DNA of 56,568 nucleotides, counting the filler, from Platydemus manokwari (lineage: Eukaryota), in assembly GCA_037951405.1 (NCBI GenBank). It is 5 parts of 5 records of this genome, joined end to end, with 100 filler letters (N's around TTAATTAATTAA, not from the genome) between each part and the next. Parts side by side here need not be neighbours in the genome. Positions count along the whole stretch, not along the records: positions 11,843 to 21,821 come from JBBMOY011182322.1; positions 21,922 to 35,415 come from JBBMOY011704733.1; 3 more parts are not named here. The stretch is one strand, 5' to 3'. Position 1 is the stretch's first letter. Each line of letters opens with the position of its first letter. Made by a program: the position numbers and the translations under genes. Below are positions 14,480 through 28,926 of the stretch, piece after piece. The notes under the pieces were generated by a model. It was not told the DNA's origin. It saw only the letters and a program-made list of their open reading frames with translations, and made no database searches.

Positions 14480-15860
14480 CAAGTGCTTATGAGGCTTAGA
14501 ATTTTATACTTCCGAAAAATGCTCCGAAATTGTAGTAATTATTCAGAATAATTATCTATTGCATTTGTGGCGAAGTGAAATTTAAATCTTAAAAGAAATT
14601 ATTCTCATTACGAAGTGCTATGACGGATACTTTGGTTGAAAAAATGGAGATCAAGACAGAGTATCATATTTGATGAACAACATGTTTCCGACTTCTCATC
14701 GGGTGATCATCAGGTATTCGGCACATGAGCCTTGCACTTCTTATTGTTTAGCGAGACCCAAGGACTTATGATTTTAACTGTTATTTTTGTATGAGAAACA
14801 TTTCTGAAATAAATCATACATCACTCACTTATCCAAACCTGCAATCAGCCTTGAAGTTAGTACCTCTTCAAGAAGATCCGCTTGCTCCCCCTTTTCCATT
14901 TTACAGTTGTACTTAGTGACGGTGATGGTCATGATTAAGAATTAGAATATAATAATAATGACATTAATGAACCGAATTTCTATTTATCTCTTTCCTGTTT
15001 AGAACACCACATCCTTCCATAAATCGATCTCAATGATCTAGTACAGGATTTAAAAATGAAACTTCCCCGCTATAAAATGAGGTGTAAAGATCCTAAATGA
15101 CAAAAAATTGTGGCAATTTGAAAGACTATTTTACAAAATTCTGTTCTTTTCTTTGCTAGTAGAACAGTAGAGCTGGAACTATTCACTGTCGTGTAACACA
15201 CCGGCCAAAAAGAAATTCTTTAGCTTCTGACTATTATTCAGAAATCCATCTTTCACTTTTATATTCAGTAAAAATATATTTACCACTTGTAAACCGTTTT
15301 ATTTAATAAACATGAATTGAAAACGAAATTAAAAGTTCAAATTTCATTTCATTATAAAACCTCACACCATCAATTCAAATAAAATGAAGAGCTTGATCAA
15401 AGGAAAGAACGAAATATATATACATGGTTTTTAATACTTGAAAATGAAATTTCGTTTTGTTGAGTAACACTGATATTAAACAGCATTTGAGACCTTCTGA
15501 TGTGTTTGTTTGAATTTTTTGTAGAACAATAAAACAAAAAACTATGTGGTTTTATTGAATGACGTGTTAAGGCCCAATAAAACTGTTGGATGCGATATAT
15601 TAACAAAAATTCCATTTTCGCATTCACATCATAATTTTTCCCTCAAAATCTTACAGATGTGGAAGACTGACATAATGAGCAGTCACCAGGATATTGAAAC
15701 ACAAGCAAGGGTTATCAGAGTTTCAAAACCTATCAGGGGAAAATCCAACTCGATGGAAAAAATCTATGACCAGATCTGAATTTAGCGCAAAAAACAGATA
15801 AGAATAATCCACTTTGATTCAATGCAAAATCTTTATTGCTCAATGAAATTTGTGTGTGTG
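14480..15860 (+). mobile_element. Decayed DNA transposon, probably CMC/Chapaev-like
   Basis: Broken motifs in the expected order: CICGE (~14560), (W)RDPKD..FNCYFCM (~14750-14790), YPNLQSALKLVP (~14830), DLNDLVQDL (~15025) and HQDIET (~15685). Many stops and frameshifts. Family assignment is from recalled motif order. Confidence 0.55.
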
Positions 15861-18787
15861 TTAAACAGTATTGATTTTCTATTTGCATTTTTAAAAAATT
15901 TTATAACTTGAATTAACTGAAATCCTTGACAAGAGAATCGATTTTAGATTCTTTCTAATTATTGATCTAATTCGATGAGATCGTAAAAATCTTGTTGATT
16001 GGCTTGATACCAACGACCAGTGTAAATCGGTACTTTGAAAGTCAATAAACTGTTCTCCTTAGTAAATTATCATTGTATCTAAACCAATTGAGAGCACGTG
16101 TTTAATATAAATATCAAAGGGAAGACGACTTTTCCTTAGGAATTTAATAATTCAGTAAGTCAAGTCAACAAAATCGATATTTTTAACACTAATAAGAAAC
16201 TAGGAACTACTATTTAAAAGATGGAAAAGTCATTCAACAAATGCTTATCTCATATAACCCCCTCCAATATCACTTATGAATTGGTTATTCCAGATTCCCA
16301 ATTTTTTTATTCTCTTAGACGCTTTTAGTGGGAGTCATTTAAATATCAGGAATATATTATAATTACACAACTGACAGGCACATCATAGGACAATTTCGAT
16401 AATTTATATTACACATTTATTGCACACACACAAATATATATTTTAACAACAAATTGTTTATGATTTCGTGTTATTGGGATTCGATATAATTTAAAGATCA
16501 GTATTATTGATGATTGCATTACTGCAAGGCACAATAAGGATATTCCATTTCTCCGTGAAAAATTACGTCATTTTTAATATTTTTATTGCTTACTAAATTG
16601 GTACTCTTTTTTCTTTCGGTAAATCATTTTTTAACCTATTATCATTGCAGATAAAGTGTAGAATCGAATAAATTTGTGAGCTCAATATTTGGTAAATAAT
16701 TATTCTCAATTTCCCTTAATTAGATTCTATTAAATTCATTCACTGGTATATGAGTGTGTTGCGTAATCACTACAACTGAAATCCAAAGAACTTTTCAAAA
16801 TATTTGATATAAACTACGACCATTAAAACAAAAGCTCAGAAATGATAGGCTATTTGAGTCTACTTCAATTTTGGAATCCATCAATAATATTTCACAGTTT
16901 CATATAGAAGGGGAGTAACATACCCCCTTATTTTAATGAAATAAAATTAATTTTCTTTGGCTTAGTTATTTAAAATCAATATTAAATCGATAATGATGTT
17001 AAATTAGGAACATAAATGCATGTTGAAATACAATAATACTGCATAAATGGAGGTGAAAATCTATGCAAGTTGAAACTGATTATGAAATCAATTAATCGAG
17101 GAAAAATCAACAAAATAATATTTAACTTTCTTACACAAAGTCCTGATAGTTCAGAGAGAATAAAGAGTCGACCAAGTTCTATCGATTTTAATCAGTAAAT
17201 CCCAGATATCAGGAGAAATTTGTAACATTCATTAGAATATATTTGTCTTTTTATGAATTGACTGATTGTTGGCTAGGTTCCAGGACTTATTATCGCTCTT
17301 TAAACTCTGTTTCCACTAACATGAGTCTTTAAATCTGAACCAGTTCGATATACATTATTCTAGTTTATCCAGATGAGGAATTAAATATTTTCATTAAATT
17401 ATGTCTGGTAAAATGTTCCCAATCAATATCAAATTCATTGGCAGAGTTTGGTAACGAAATTATAGACGATTCTAACAAATCCAAAATCAAATTATAAAGA
17501 ATAAAGGATAAGTCCAAAACTTATTCCAGGATACGTGATAGTAAAAAAAATTCAACTCAGTGATGTTAATGATATTGTTAATATCAGCCATATAGAATAA
17601 GGCGAGCTTGATTTTGTCTAACAGGAGCTGACCTACGTGATTATTTTCACTTCCATCTTTGAAGCTACTAGCAGAATTGTCTTCTTTCCTCGAACGCGTT
17701 TCCGAGAATCTGAGGTTGATTGAAATTCACTAGTTGAGTGTACTAATTAAAGTAGTAAATATAAGAATTCCTGTGTACGAGTAGATGTTCTATTAATCAA
17801 AATTTCGTAAAACATATAAATATACAAATATAAGTTATGAATATGTATATGATAGAATGATGTTACTTGAAACGTAAATGTTTTATTCATCAATATTGGG
17901 TGGGATTGAACCCAACAGTGAAGAGAATAAATTCAAAATTCTCCCACTGATTAATTTGAACTCACAGTCATCTTACTCAACTTCATTTTTTGCATCTTTT
18001 GCATTTATATTTCTTTTCAAAATTGCTGTATCTCTGGGAATTCTAAAAGTGATTTTTAAAAAATGCGCTTAAAGAGAATCTCCAAAACCTTTTTGGGAGC
18101 GTTTATGGTCCGGATTTGCTGAAATAAATTCATTTTTGACTTCAGAAATCATAATCTTGATGCGCAGGGTTTTCAAATATTGTGTTGAGAAGATATTATT
18201 CAGAGACTCTTCTACTTAACTTTCAATAATGAAGAACTACTTATATTCTATCAATCGCTCATACATGACCGGATAAATCAATTAATTATATATTATAATA
18301 AAATGACTGTAAAGGGCCTCCAAATATCCAAATACTCACTGAAAAATAGATAAAATCAATAATTGTTTCATCTAAACCAGCTTCAGGAGGTCTTTTGGAA
18401 CTCTGTATAAAAACTAAACTTGTGTATTTTATCGGGTCTTGCTCATTTGTGTGCCACTAAACTCTACAAATAAATTTAGGTCTCGGAAAAATAGCTTCAG
18501 AAATCTACGTGATTTGATATTTGTGAAAATAAATTTTTATGGATAAATTATGAAAAACCGCAATTTGAAATACTGATTTTATCTAATTAAATATCTTTTC
18601 GGTTTTCAAGCATTTATCAGTATTTAAAAGTAAACTCGTTATTGAATTTTAAATTCAACTTTTTCAGTTTGATATTTTCTACAATTTTCACTAATATTGA
18701 TTTCATAAAAAATTTTAACAACTCTCTTTGTTTAACTGCACTAGTTTAATCATTAATTTTTTTGCCAAGGTTGTATATGTTTATAGT

Positions 18788-21539
18788 ATGCAGAGACGAA
18801 ATAGTACTGGAAAATTTTTAAAGGACAAATTCCAAAACCTTTTAGAAGATACTTTCAATGCAAATATAGATCCAGAGATTTATGGCAATCGATACGTTTT
18901 TGAAATAGCCTGGGAAGTCGTTAATAAAGGCACGATTTGACCTTTTTAAATATAATCACGTTTATTTTTTATTTCAGTTGGTGGCATTTATACTGTGATC
19001 AAAACCAAAGCAGGGGTTTCAAAAGATGAATTGGGAGATAATTATATATTGATGGGCCCATTGAACGAAATATGCATGCGCACAGAGGTCGATGTTTTGG
19101 AACCCCCGCCAGGACCAATTGGTGATACAATCAGTGAGATGCGATCTCATGGAATAAAAGTAGTTTAGAAATGTTGAAAAAAAATCAATAAAAAAAATTT
19201 GATGTAAAGATCGTTTTCGGTCGTTGGCTAATCGATGGTTATCCGCTGGTGGTATTGTTTGATATTGGTTCATCTGCTTGGCGAATCGACAGCTGGAAAA
19301 AGGAATTGTGGGAAGCCAGCCATATCGGTATACCAGTTCAGGACAGTGAAGCTAACGACGCAGTCATTCTCGGTGGCTTGGTGACTTGGTTTTTAGGTTT
19401 GGTAAGAGCAAAATCACAAAAATATGCCAACTGATTTGATTGTCCAGTTTCGAAATAATATCGATAAAGAAGAAGGCAGATATACGCCAATAATCGCTCA
19501 CTTTCATGAATGGCTTGTAGGTGTTGGGCTGATTTTCACACGAACAAGATCGTTAGATATTGCAACTGTTTTCACTACTCATGCAACACTTCTCGGACGA
19601 TATTTGTCAGCAAGCTCAGCTGATCTGTATAACAATTTGAGTAAATTTGACATTGATAAAGTTAGTGAATTCTTATTGGATGATAATTTATCGATTGAAT
19701 TGTGTTTGTGTGTGAGGTAATGTCTGATTGTTGTACACAATTCAGGAAGCTGGCGATCGAAATATCTATCACCGATACTGCCTGGAAAGAGGAGCTGCAC
19801 ATTGTGCTCATTCGTTTACAACTGTCAGCCAAATCACGGATCTGGAAAGCCAATATCTGATATCACGCAAAGCAGATGTTATCACACCGAACGGTTTGAA
19901 TGTCATTAAATTTGCAGCATTGCATGAGTTTCAAAATCGACATGCTCAAGCAAAGGAAAAAATTCATCAATTTATTCAAGGTCATTTCTATGGGTATTTA
20001 TTAGTTATCGTGTTCTGATATGGATCGATAATCCGTGAATTTATTTATAGACATCACAATTTCGATCTCGATAAAACTCTTTATTTTTTCATTGCCGGCC
20101 GTTACGAATTCGAAAACAAGGGTGCGGATCTATTTATCGAATCATTAGCAAGGTTGAATTATCGATTAAAGGTAATTTATCTTGGATTAGTCATTTTCTA
20201 TAAAATAAATGATATTATGTAATAAGCGCAGTAGTGGAGAATGTAAATAAATGACATAATAATAATAATATCAATATACATGAAATATATGCCAATTAAT
20301 CTGTCGACAATTTCATTCATTTCTCGACTCCATTAAGAATGTCAAATGCGTATTCGATTGACTTCAAACATTGATTTTCAAATATCCAATAATAGCAGAC
20401 GTGGTTGGAGTGATTTCATTGGTGGAAATTTATCACCTGCAAACCAATGATTGCTTGTAAAAATAGCTCTCGGAATTTGCGGAGGTCGAGAAAGTTTTTT
20501 TAAACAAACTAAAATAGTACACGACCAAAATCGATGTTTGTCAATTTTCGAATTCTTGCCCGGGTTCGCAGTTACATCATTGACATATCGATATATTTGC
20601 ATCTGAGTTGTGTTGGCTTGATGTTGCATCGAATATAGCTAGTGGGCTGGAGAAAAAAATAGTGTAAATAAAATGTGTTTGTTTGTTACAGGAAATGAAA
20701 AGTGATGTCACTGTGATAGCTTTTCTGATTTTCCCTGCCCGGACAAACAATTTCAATGTCGAATCGTTTCGAGCTCAGGCTATTGCTAAACAATTGCGTA
20801 GCACTGTATTCGATATTCAAAATACTATGGGTAAACGATTGTTTGAGATGTGTTTGAAAGGGAATGTTCCTCATGGCGATGATATTCTGAATCAGGATGA
20901 TATCGTGAAATTAAAACGATGTATCTATGGAGCTCAGAGACAGAGTCTTCCGCCGATATCAACACATAATATTTTGGATGATGGCAATGATCCAATTTTG
21001 TGTAATTTACGTCGATGTCAGCTGTTCAATGCTCGCTCAGACCGAGTTAAGGTAGTGCAGAATTAACGATAATCGAACGATTCGAAATTGATTATCTTCA
21101 GGTGATCTTTCATCCCGAATTTCTGAGCTCAAACAATCCCCTAATCCCATTGGACTATGAAGAATTTGTTCGTGGTTGTCATTTGGGTGTTTTCCCGTCG
21201 TATTATGAACCGTGGGGTTACACACCAGCCGAATGTACGGTGATGGGTATTCCATCTGTCACTACCAATTTATCTGGGTTCGGCTGCTTCATGGAAGATC
21301 ACGTAATGGATCCGAAATCATATGGAATATACATTGTTGATCGGCGACATCGATCGGGTGAACAATCAGTAGAACAGTTGACAGGTGTAAGTCAAAATAG
21401 CTGGTGATTTGCTATGAGTTACACTTCATACTTTCAGTACATGCTCGATTTCTGTCAATATTCTAGGCGACAACGAATTGTCCTTAGAAATCGTACAGAA
21501 CGCCTCAGTGAATTGCTTGATTGGAACAATTTGGGATTT
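18788..21539 (+). CDS. GYS: Glycogen synthase (GT3 family), 3' end missing in the gap; exons 18788-18929, 18978-19159, 19210-19401, 19448-19660, 19746-19993, 20051-20171, 20692-21051, 21102-21386, 21438-21539
   Basis: Motifs [87 protein letters not shown] and [20 protein letters not shown]. Junctions join in frame. Confidence 0.97.
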
Positions 21540-21594
21540 GTGAGTTCTTTTATAACAATAGATCATTATTATTAAATCGATGTTTAATGAATTT

Positions 21595-21821
21595 TAATGA
21601 TTATTATTATTATTATTATTACTCATTTGTGATATTATTAAAATCGATATATTTAATAATATCATTATTAATTCTGTAATAATAATAATAATCGTAATTA
21701 TAATAATGATAATAATAGTAACAATAATAATAATAATCACAGCAATAATAATGATAAGAATAGCAAGAATAATTACAATAATAATAATAACCATAGCAAT
21801 AATATTAACAATAATAATAGC
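21595..21821. repeat. Degenerate (ATT)/(AAT)n low-complexity tract running into an assembly gap
   Basis: Direct reading; lies in a glycogen synthase intron. Confidence 0.85.
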
Positions 21822-24800
21822 NNNNNNNNNNNNNNNNNNNNNNNNNNNNNNNNNNNNNNNNNNNNTTAATTAATTAANNNNNNNNNNNNNNNNNNNNNNN
21901 NNNNNNNNNNNNNNNNNNNNNATTCACCTCGCAATCAAATCTATATGAAGATAGAAATGATTGGCAACAATGATCCAAATAATTATTGTTTAATCCTATC
22001 AGTCTCAAAATTATTTTGTAAATATTAATGCCTCAAATATCAATTGACAACTCAACTCCTTTTTCTAAATAAATCTTTATTAATACAATGAACAAAATTA
22101 CAGTTTACACTGGAATAAAACATTGGATAACCGCTAAAACCTACAATTCCAGATGAGAGCGGTTAATACGTCCTTCTCTTGGAGTAAAACCGATTACCAA
22201 AGATATTTTTGAGCAAAGCTGTATAATAAAATGATAAACGATACGTACTATATATTCGGATCAGTTTTTTATACAAAAATCGAACTCACTGCTTGGAATG
22301 ACAATATGGAGTATGTTCTGTCGTCGAGCAAATTCTTCTAACAATCTTCGAGGGATTTGTCTAAATAGCTGCTTCTCAAACGCGCTATAGTCTAGTAGTT
22401 CCGTAAATTAATGGGCAAGTTCTGGTGTTCCGAACTTCTATTTATACTGCTTTTATTCATTATGCTTAAATGATTAAAATCGCTACATGATATTTTAATT
22501 CCCACGGATTTCCCGAATATTAATTTATTATTTCTTTTTACTACAGGATTTTTATTATTGAGAATATTATTAATTTCATTTGTCCCTAATTTTTAAGTTC
22601 TTTTCTAAAATATTATTTTTCCTAAACTTATTAATGTATTTTAAAGTCAATTCCATTTCATTGCCGTTTCAAATTATTTATTTTTATAAATTATCTATAT
22701 TTTAAAATATATAATAATTATTATTTCTAATTAATCTCTCTATCTGGAATTTATAAAAATTGATACATTTTGACGTCATGTCAAAAGTATCCAAAAATGA
22801 TTTATTACATTGACTTCACATTTAGCCAATGTTTCCTAAAATACATAGATACATTTCAGTGTATCGGAATTAACTATTGAGCCGAATCCATAATAATTGA
22901 TACAATTTTTTGGATACAATATTAATTAATCCAAAAATTATACAGCTATAATTAATACTGTTATACACTTATAAACACTTTTTCAGTTATTCTCAATACT
23001 TGTAACATTTATCAAAGAAAATAAAGCATAAAAATAAAAGTATTATTTGCACAGAACTGTTAATTGTTAAATTTTAATGCTCCTAGACCCAATTCCCAAC
23101 AATTATATTGAATCATAATACTGAAGCATATTTGGTATAGCAATCAATACTTCTATAAACCAAAACAACGATCAGTATGTTACAGAACGGAATCAACGAT
23201 ATCTAAATCTTATCACCCTCAATGTCTTTCACGATATAGACGTCTTCAGATTCTCAATTGCCTCAACAAACAGGATCATATTCTCAATCCCAGTCGTCAG
23301 TCTCCCATAAGATATTATCACAATCCCAAACTCAATTCTTCTACCGAAGTGTTCGAAAACCCCAATCCAAGTAGAAAGTAAACATTGATGATGACATTTT
23401 GTTATTAGACTAAGTGATTTTTGTGACCATCTTTACATGAAATGTATATAATTTATTTTTGAATATGTCAAAAATATTTGATGTATAATCATAATAGAAA
23501 TCTATAAGGGGCAAAATTATATTTTGAGAATAATAATAATGAATAAAATTATAATAAAATTTATAAATATGGATGAAATATAAATTATAAATAAATAAAT
23601 ATGGGTAAAATATAAGTTATAATCAATAAATTTAGGCGAAAAATAAATTAATTAAAATGTGGGCGAAATTAATTTATTGTTGGCGAAATCGAAATTTTAA
23701 AATGTGGGAGAAAAAGAAAATCAAAATTAATAATGTGAGTGAAAAATAAATTAAAATTATTGATTTAGGCGGATTTATAAAATAATTTTAAAATCACCAA
23801 TAGAAAAAAGAAAATAATGATCGAAAATAATGATTCATAATTCGTAATAGAACACAGTATATAAACAATGGAAAAATCAGAAAATTATCTCACACGAAAA
23901 AGATTTCAACGACCATATTACTGTGAGAAAAAACTTTGAAAAAAAGAAAGAAAAGAATAATAAGCACGATTTCGTATAACGATAATAATGAAAATCATTA
24001 AAATAGGTGTGTCGATAGTTTAAAAATCTATAATATTTAAAATCTACATTTTCAACACAAAGGAGGTCCGTTATCAGAGGCTTTCATAGTTGACCCTTTT
24101 TTAAATTGTGTGTTTGAGTAAATGTAATTTTGAGTGGTTAGAAAATAAAAATGTTTTATTAAATAAAGGAGATTTGAATCAAATTTCTATATCACAATTT
24201 TAATGATTTATAGTAAATTTGAATAAAAATTATTGATTTGATCTTTGTTATTGATTTATTTTAATTATAATATTTTGATTCACGCACCTATCGGATTGAC
24301 ATTGAGCTCCAACAGGCTCCAGTTTAGAACTCAAAGTAAGATTTGAACAATAATGCATAAATTCCAACAAGAGATCCCTAGGAAGTTATGATTTATAATG
24401 CCGAAGTCTGTTGGGGTAAAATCTGTAACATGAATGAGTCTCGCTCTATAATTATGAAATATAATGGATCGTTGTATACATTCGTTAATTATTTTACAGT
24501 AAAATGCCTTTCCTTACTATGGCTGAAGTTGTTTAATTTGGATGCTGTATACAGCTGGGTGATCTTCAAAAAACGATTTATAGTTCCAGTGGTTTCAAAG
24601 GTTTTAAACGGGGTATTTATGTCAATTAATATTCCCGGGTAATTCCTTATAGAAATTGTTAATTGTTTTATGTTTTTTAAACTTAATGCACATGCATTGT
24701 TTCGGGAATATGTAAATTTATTTGGATTTATTTGAATGGGTTAAACTGAAGATGTTTATGAGTAGTTAATAATAATAATAATTTTTATCTTTCATTATCC

Positions 24801-26107
24801 CTCAATTCTCAATGGGTTTCTTTATCTGAATAATGAGTTAATGGATTTTTTATATTTGCGTGATATTTTTCTATGAGAGTTCGTTTGACTATTTCGTCGG
24901 CTATATTCACAATTGTTAATTATTATCGAGCTCATAAATTATTTATTAGAAATTTGCATCAATATGAAAATTGATAATTATAATTATTAGAATTATTGAT
25001 CACCTTTTCCTGGAATAAATAATTGTAGACATAACACACTATATTTTTACGCAAAATTTCTATGCAAATGCATAATTTTATTTTAATTTTATACATTGAA
25101 TCACAACAAAATAAATGCCAAAATTTCAGGGTATGTCAAACGCCAACATACAAAATTAATTAATTGTTCCAACAATATATATATTATATCTAATATTTCA
25201 AATATGCAACCTTTAATACTTATTGCAATCAGGTAAGTTATTGATTTATTTTATGTAATCGACTCATTCTTTTCTGTGTTCTCACATCTTTGAAAACATT
25301 AGGTATTTCAAATTCCGTCTGAACTAAAACTTTCCTTAACAAATCTTCAATTAAATCCTACAAATATTTTTAATAATATCAAGATTCACCTTAGCTCTTA
25401 CTTTTGAAGTTTACATGTTCAATGAATTAATTGTAAGGTAATCATTAAGGAGGTTAGTTAGAAATAGCGATGTGATGCTATCAAATTTAGATTTAAATAA
25501 CTCATGAACATGAAATAAATTTGAAAAGTGTTTATGGAGTCAGATATATGACATTCTACTGCTTTAATAAGCTTTTTAAAAAATATCTTATAACACATTT
25601 CTCAACTTATCCACTCTCCCAGATCTAGCCATATTTATTAAAGTGATTTTAAAGATTTCTAAAAAGAAATTTAAATTTTAGTAATTTATTTAAATTAAAT
25701 TAAATAGATTACTATTAATCTATATTTAATGTTGAATGGATTTTCGATTATGATAATATTAACTGAATTTATTTTGAAAATTATCAGATATTTCTGCGTA
25801 AAATAATCTCATATTTGGAATATCATATCAGAGAAAGTGATTTCTGAATTACTAGTTATTAAAAATCATGTGAATTCTTAATTGATTATTTGATTATATA
25901 AATAATTATTAATTTAAATATTATTAAAACGGATCGAAGTGATCACACTTTAAATATCTTATTTCTTTCAGATAAAATTCAAAAATGATTTGCTATAAAT
26001 CACCAATAACATACAAAATATATTTTAAAGTATTTGTTTTAATAATAGTGATACCATGGAGATTTTAAGTGTTGTCATTTAAAATTTGTTCTTTAATTTA
26101 ATTACAC

Positions 26108-26641
26108 ATGTCTAAAGCACCGAATTTACCGCCTCTTCCATCAAATTTAACGGAAGAGTTGATAATAGAATACAGAGAAGCATTTAATTTACTTGTTACT
26201 CCTGAAAACCCAACCATATCAATTCAAGCAGTACCGTTATTAATACGTAAAATTGGATTAATGCCAAGTGAACAGGAGCTCAGTGTAATATTTTATCGGC
26301 CTTCATAATGACGTCATCTGCATTTGTAGCAAATTTTAGACGAAATCGATGTCGATGGAACTCTGGCCTATGAAGGGTTGAGCTTTGAACATTTCTGTCA
26401 GATTGCATCTCGCAAAGTGAAAGACGTTTACAGCGAAGATGACATCATTGAAGCGTTTCGGATTTTCGATGTGGACAACAATGGATTTCTACCGGTGAGC
26501 GAAATCAAGCGAGTGCTGCAAGGAATGGGCGAACAATTGACGGATGAAGAGATGAATGCCATGTTGGAGATTTCAAAACCAGATGATAACGGCAATGTGA
26601 GATATGAAGAATTTGTTCGAGACGTTGTGGCCAATGACTGA
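26108..26641 (+). CDS. Calmodulin-like EF-hand protein (~162 aa); exons 26108-26284 and 26330-26641
   Basis: LTEELIIEYREAFNL, IGLMPSEQEL, SEDDIIEAFRIFDVDNNGFLPVSE, MGEQLTDEEMNAML and NGNVRYEEFV align with calmodulin. A 45-nt phase-0 GT-AG intron joins the two ORFs. Confidence 0.92.
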
Positions 26642-26660
26642 TTTACATTGTATAATTGAC

Positions 26661-26944
26661 GAATATTAATAAATAATTTGATATTGATTGATTTTTTAAT
26701 TAATTATTAATTAATTAATTTAATTAAATAAAGAGTTTTAATAAATAATTTGATATCGATTGTTTTTTTAATTAATTATTAATTAATTATTTTAATTAAA
26801 TAAAGAATATTAATAAATAATTTGATATTGATTGATTTTTAATTAATTATTAATTAATTATTTTAATTAAATAAAGAATATTAATAAATAATTTGATATT
26901 GATTTATTTTTTAATTAATTATTAATTAATTAATTAAATTTAAT
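26661..26944. repeat. AT-rich minisatellite, ~72-bp unit x4
   Basis: Unit GAATATTAATAAATAATTTGATATTGATTG...TAATTAAATAAA starts at 26661, 26733, 26805 and 26876. Confidence 0.9.
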
Positions 26945-28409
26945 ATAGTACTGACTGATGTGGGGTTTGTTTTTGACTCCAATTATGACATAGCGCACAA
27001 TTGATATCAATGCAGCTTACACCAATTCATAGCAATGATAAATGTGGTTGAATTCGATTGATGTCATCTCACTTCAAATCTAGCTCGTGCGATTTGTGCT
27101 TCATCGATATTGGATTTGAAAATTATTATTGAATGGATTCGATTTATCCCGTTTAATCTCGGTTAAAAAATCTCATTTTGACAAATGTGGCTAAGATTGA
27201 TTGGATGGATTGAAGAAGGCATCGGTGGATTATGAAAAATTCCATTTAAAATCGGGTAGATAAGCATTGCAATGATTTACAGTTCCAGATTGGCTAAGAG
27301 AAACTGGTGAAAAAGCCACTTTTGTGGGCACGTGACTCTAAGATTTATAAAATGCCTGTATTCATCAATATCATCTTTTTCCCTCCTAAGATAATTAGAT
27401 ATTAACTAAGTCTGACTGTTTAAAGATTTGATAAAAAATAGGATTAAGATACAGGTGCACATGTCCTCACACGACTTGGCCAGAGAAATGCCTATATAAC
27501 CAACTTCGTCGTTGGTTGAATGTACTTTATTTGGGGAATGGATTTTCGAACTTTACATTAGAGAAAAACATATTGTTATCCACAATAAATATTGAATTCT
27601 GTAAAAATATACAACAGCGACACAAATTCCTAAAAGTAGTCAGAACGATTATTACAAAGAAAGATTACATCGCCTATAATATAAAACACACATGATTTAC
27701 ACACAAAATTGGAGGTTCCTGCCTATAGTCTATTCAATATATAGTCTTTTTGTAGGTTCTGATTGGTGTATTATTCAGTGATTTCCCTATGGTATAACTG
27801 TCTTTTGATTGTTTATCTTTTGTTCTTTTACGATCATATTTTGTTGGCATGCTTTAATGTCAAATAACCACCGAATCAGTGGTCATTGATTTGAAAGTCG
27901 CGTTTGCCTGCTAACACCACTAATTATTATGTATATGCTTATACCATTTTAACAGATTATTTAAGGTTTCTTTGAGAGTCTTTATCCAAAGTTTAACTCT
28001 CATCATAATAAATTTAAGAAGTTTTTTATTGTTTTTAATTAGTTCTAGATTATTTTACTATTTCACATTTTATTGGATTAGATCGTTTCCTCACAATTTT
28101 TTTGTTAAACCAGTGTGTCTTACCAATTAATGAGGTTACTAGATTTTGTTTTCTGGAGATTCATTAAGTGTGACCACAGTCCTGAAATTACAATATAGTG
28201 ATCTTATTGTCATTATTTTTACATTATCGATGATGTTGAAACAAAATCTATCTAGTTATATTCTCTTTATTAAGCTTTTATTTGAGTTTTGATCAAATGA
28301 TTAATTCAAACTCAAGCTCTGTGCAACGTTGGATAACAATTTTTATAACAATTTTAATTTTATGCATGACGATACGTGTGACATGTGGATTAAAATATCC
28401 ATCAAACAA

Positions 28410-28926
28410 AGACCTTACTGAACCAATGAAAAGAATGCAACACTTATCCTCATTAAACTAATAAAACAGTCAACCTCACAAATTGTGTCGTCACGGCGTC
28501 CGATTGTTCTCTAGGACATACCATACCGAATTTTTTGTAACTATCCTTAACCTATAAATCTTTAACTGGATAGAAGCTAGCAGCCTTTTCTCTCTGAATC
28601 AAAAGGCAATGTTTGCCTCTAACGGATGTGCTGAAAACAACGTCTACTTGTTTACCCTATTCGAATACACAACTTAACAGCACCGAGACTTGTACCTCTT
28701 CTAGATCGATTTGAAAGAAGCATTCTCAAGCATACCACAGGACCTCATCTGGCTTACTCTGGAGAAAATAGTATAAAACTCTCACTACGTTAAAATATTA
28801 AAAACCTTATACCAGAACTCCAAATCTAGCTAATCCTGTGGCCAGTTAAAGACACCATCAAATCCCATTCACTGTGGTGTCAAACACAGATGCCCACTAT
28901 CTATGTTCTTATTCTGTCTGTCAATT
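28410..28926 (+). mobile_element. Decayed non-LTR retrotransposon reverse transcriptase fragment (R2/NeSL-like)
   Basis: Translates with stops and one frameshift as RPIVL*D..YRIF, LFSLNQKAMFASNGCAENN, IDLKEAFSSIPQDLIW, LKTLYQNS and PIHCGVKHRCPLSMFLFCLSI (cf. RT motifs DxxxAFxS and GVKQGCPLS). Confidence 0.85.

Noticed and set aside
21594-21794. Poly-Ile ORF on the - strand
   Set aside because: Translation of an (AAT)n tract inside a glycogen synthase intron.
23530-23775. Short dispersed (T/G)GGCGAAA-type motifs
   Set aside because: Irregular spacing and low complexity; probably decayed transposon sub-terminal repeats, and no specific call is supportable.
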